DNA from: Antedon mediterranea
Lineage: Eukaryota; Animalia; Echinodermata
Assembly (NCBI RefSeq): GCF_964355755.1
Contig: NC_092676.1
Coordinates: forward strand, 10,889,888-10,953,887
Direction: 5' to 3'
DNA length: 64,000 nucleotides
The notes below the pieces were generated by a model. That model was given only the letters and a program-made list of their open reading frames with translations, searched no databases and was not told the origin of the DNA. The position numbers were made by a program, and so were the translations under genes. Position 1 is the first letter of the stretch. Each line of letters opens with the position of its first letter. Shown piece after piece: positions 62,735 through 64,000 of the stretch.

Positions 62735-64000
62735 CTATATTTCATATTCATCTTCCTCATAGTCTAATTCACCATAGTCTAATTCATCATCTTCAATGCC
62801 ATAGTCTGGTGTGTCTTCTTTTTCTTCTTCTTCTTCTCTTGTCCTGTTTTCACACTCATCTCATTCACACTCGAACAGTTAATCCTAGAGCAAGTGACTT
62901 TGGAGTCTGCCTTCTTCCTTTCCAAGCAAGGTACAGGATGTCCTGGCATATCGATAAAATTTTCGTTCGAGTTTCTTCAGTAACATCTGAAAATGAGGTT
63001 TGTATAGTATCTTCTGCAGCACCAACACACTTTGCGATTAGATTAAACAACTCATATGGCACAATTTCAGATATGTCAACATCATTAATGTCCGCTGCTC
63101 TTGGAGGCCATTCACTCTGCATACCTTTGTTTGATTTGATGGCATTATTTACTATCGTACCTGCAAGTACATTTTATAGCATTGGGTGAATGAAACATAG
63201 TAATAATAAATTTATATAAAGCATATACTGTATTGTGTACAGCATTTATGATCGACACCACTTACTATCATAACAGTTTTGTTTTTTGAGTGCATACAGC
63301 TTTCACCTCTTTGATCCACAGCATTTCCTTAATTATGCAATAACATTTATTGTTGTTATTTAAAAATAAACCAATATATACAAGTTATTGTATTTTAACC
63401 GTACCTGCAAAATATAGAGTCCTTAGTTTGTCTCTATTGTCACCATCAGTGGAGATTTCGTGTGTTGTAGAAGTAGTTGGAATATCTATGTCATACTTTG
63501 ATGATTCATCTGTCTCCGTTGTACTTTTTCCTGATGACAAAAATGGATCAGCCACAAATCCTGGGGATACATTGCTAAAGTACACCAGAACTGATTCATT
63601 TCTAATTAAGAAAAAATAAATAAAATATTTAGTTTGACCAATCCACAAAAAGATTTTTTTTTTTAAATTATCCCTGGTGAAATAATCATTTAATATAAAC
63701 ACACTAAGCAACTAACCTTCTTGTGGGTGAATGAAAAATTAGGTTAGGATAATCCATCCTGAGCTTCTTCTTCAACACGTCTGATCTATAAATAACACAT
63801 TAATTGATTATAATTAATTGTAACACAGATAAAATGAAGAAATTATTACAGTAACTGGATCTCAAAAATATTACAAAATTATTTCATCGTTTTTAAGAAG
63901 GGATTGACAGCCTACCTTATAGTTGACAAGTAAACTTTTTCTGTTTTTTTCAATTGATTTCATGAAAAGCTTTTGGAGTTTTGCGAGTCTTAGTATCTCC
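62735..64000 (-). pseudogene. Intron-containing Academ-like transposase remnant, internally deleted, runs off the window
   Basis: Minus-strand exon-like blocks LKKKLRMDYPNLIFHSPTR|NESVLVYFS...LYFAG|TIVNNAIK...WPP...VPYELFNLIA...ILSICQDILYLAWKGRRQTPKSLALGLTVR are then joined to an acidic C-terminal tail. The QDIxY..GR..TPK..L motif is one I associate with Academ transposases. Confidence 0.6.

Overview
AT-rich, repeat-dense animal (probably marine invertebrate) genomic DNA, not prokaryotic; most listed ORFs are spurious. Host-like genes: two tandem spliced paralogues of small secreted beta-microseminoprotein (MSMB/PSP94/MSMP)-like proteins (26.9-30.1 kb and 42.0-47.4 kb) and a spliced ALKBH2-like gene without a visible start codon (49.7-52.0 kb). 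Directly behind ALKBH2 lie a decayed Polinton/Maverick-type protein-primed DNA polymerase B and a convergent intronless Bcl-2-like ORF, suggesting an endogenous virus-like relic with host-derived cargo. The rest is nested mobile DNA: a Transib with RSS-like ends (transposase split by a Mutator-type foldback), hAT5-, Merlin-, Harbinger-, Kolobok-, Tigger- and Academ-like elements, Helentron-type (HINE/DINE-like) elements, Tx1/L1, CR1/L2-group and Penelope retroelements, a solo LTR and several minisatellites. All family calls come from manual translation and motif recognition; no searches were run.
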